A DNA stretch of 64,000 nucleotides from Candidatus Wolfebacteria bacterium RIFOXYD12_FULL_48_21 (GTDB taxonomy: Bacteria > Patescibacteriota > Minisyncoccia > UBA6257 > UBA9933), in NCBI GenBank assembly GCA_001793945.1, contig MGIW01000003.1:65630-129629 (forward strand), read 5' to 3'. The notes under the pieces were generated by a model. That model worked only from the letters and a program-made list of their open reading frames with translations, had not been told where the DNA came from and did not search any database. Position 1 is the first letter of the stretch, and every line of letters starts with the position of its first letter. The position numbers and the translations under genes are program-made. Below are positions 62,919 to 64,000 of this stretch, in pieces.

Positions 62919-63680
62919 ATGATCAATTATAAGCATTTAACCGAATTGGGGTTTAGCCACAAAGAAGCGACCGTCTATCTGTCGCTTTTAGAGCTGGGCC
63001 CGTCGAGCGCTACAGAGATTGCCCGGAGGGCAAAAATAAACCGCACAACCAGCTATGATATCCTCGAATCCCTCTCTAGCGAAGATCTTGTCCGTCTGAC
63101 GGGCAAAGCAAAGATCAAAAAGTATGCGGCAGAGAACCCAGCCAAGGTCATTTCATTTCTGGAAGGCCGCGTCGAACAGGCAAAGGGAAACCTGCATGCC
63201 GCAACCGCGCTCCTTCCCCAGCTGCTTTCTATTTATAACACCAAGGAAAAACCGCGGGTTAAGTTTTACGAAGGCATCGACGCCCTTAAAGAAGCGTTCG
63301 AGGATACCCTCACCGCAAAGGGTGAGATCGTGGCATACGCCGTCGGGGGCGATATGTTCAACGCCGTTTCGGAAAAATACTTCCGCGACTACTTTAAAAA
63401 GCGGGCTGAGAAAAAAATCCATATCAGGGTTATCGTTCCGGCAGATAAAGAAACAAGGAGTATCGTCGTGAACGACAAGGAGGAGCTTCGGACATCGATA
63501 CTTGTCCCGAAGGGCATGTTCGATTTTTCCATCGAAACAAATATCTATAACAACAAAGTGATGATCGCCTCGTGGCGCGAAAAGTTTGCGGTGATCATTG
63601 AGAGCGCCGAGATAGCCAATGCCCAGCGAAACATATTTGAGCTGTCATGGGAAGGCGCCAAAAAGTTCAGCGTAAAGTAG
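62919..63680 (+). CDS. TrmB-family transcriptional regulator, paralog 3
   Basis: LGFSHKEATVYLSLLELGPSSATEIARRAKINRTTSYDILESL. Promoter TTGACA-17-TACACT at 62880-62908. Terminator at 63765-63805. Confidence 0.65.
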   Translation: MINYKHLTELGFSHKEATVYLSLLELGPSSATEIARRAKINRTTSYDILESLSSEDLVRLTGKAKIKKYAAENPAKVISFLEGRVEQAKGNLHAATALLPQLLSIYNTKEKPRVKFYEGIDALKEAFEDTLTAKGEIVAYAVGGDMFNAVSEKYFRDYFKKRAEKKIHIRVIVPADKETRSIVVNDKEELRTSILVPKGMFDFSIETNIYNNKVMIASWREKFAVIIESAEIANAQRNIFELSWEGAKKFSVK

Positions 63681-63764
63681 TCTTACACCGGCTAATATTT
63701 GAAATATATTCTTCCCAATGTCTTCAAATCGATGTTCGATATTATTTGGAATACTGTTTTGTAA

Positions 63765-63805
63765 AAAAGAACGGTCCGTCAGCTGACGGACCGTTCTTTT
63801 TTACT
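63765..63805. terminator. Bidirectional terminator after trmB paralog 3
   Basis: AAAAAAGAACGGTCCGTCAGCTGACGGACCGTTCTTTTTTAC. Confidence 0.75.
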
Positions 63806-63821
63806 CGCTATTGCAATGAAG

Positions 63822-64000
63822 TTATTCCGCTTTCACGAATACTCCGCCCTTCAATGTCTTTATCACAATATCCTTTTTCGCATCTCCATTCTGATCGAAC
63901 GACAACGATCCTCCCGCACCCGCAAAATCCTTTATGGTTCCCATATATTCTTTTGCCTCCTGCGTATCGTCGCCCACCACCGCGATCGTTTTCGCCAAGA
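63822..64000 (-). CDS. ABC transporter substrate-binding protein, C-terminal fragment (gene continues beyond window end)
   Basis: Minus-strand ORF open to the window edge, ending ...GGVFVKAE*. Composition and neighbourhood are like the other liv SBPs. Confidence 0.45.
   Translation of the reverse strand, partial: LAKTIAVVGDDTQEAKEYMGTIKDFAGAGGSLSFDQNGDAKKDIVIKTLKGGVFVKAE

Overview
This 64-kb window reads as chromosomal DNA from a small-genome, probably uncultivated bacterium. Its gene content is CPR/Patescibacteria-like (inference): a split transketolase, GatCA plus a short archaeal-type AspRS, PilB with unusual pilins, an archease, and many hypothetical proteins.

The first ~46 kb (~50-55% GC) carries housekeeping genes:
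- Translation and RNA: smc C-terminal part, rpsP, rpsT, rpsO-pnp, rpmB, frr, glyQS, aspS, gatCA, trmD, truB, and tRNA-Pro(GGG).
- Replication and repair: holA, holB, recO, ruvA.
- Envelope and transport: murE-like, uppP, rseP, tatD.
- Other: ndk.

Nearly every intergenic gap in this first section holds one or more copies of a MITE/NIME-like palindromic repeat family with termini TGTCATYCC...GGRATGACA. I count at least 27 loci.

Toxin-antitoxin cassettes are present: a HepT/MNT pair flanked by 63-bp direct repeats, an orphan HicB, and an AbiEi/AbiEii pair.

From 46.15 to 50.3 kb, at the edge of this part, sits an unusual tandem array of cassette-like units. Each unit has a near-identical ~200-bp module (3' palindromic trailer, GGGCAAG hairpin, 5' leader whose hairpin abuts the RBS) around a different small ORF. 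The ORFs are a 48-aa hydrophobic peptide, a 93-aa zinc-ribbon protein, and a 119-aa protein followed by a GC-rich atypical receiver/zinc-ribbon protein. Several ORF-less decayed copies are also present. A TrmB-type regulator is transcribed divergently from the array.

The last ~14 kb (50.3-64 kb) is clearly AT-richer (~35-43% GC) and has no MITEs. It encodes a Liv-type ABC transporter (livF, livG, livM, livH plus four substrate-binding proteins), two more TrmB paralogs, a tandem AsnC/Lrp regulator, and the AbiE toxin-antitoxin pair with an unknown partner. It looks like a horizontally acquired island.

Other points of note: a TruB-acylphosphatase fusion, two paralogous pilin/tail-fibre-repeat proteins, NYN-domain proteins beside rpsT and between rpsO and pnp, and a truncated phosphomannomutase pseudogene. 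No CRISPR array and no rRNA gene were seen.
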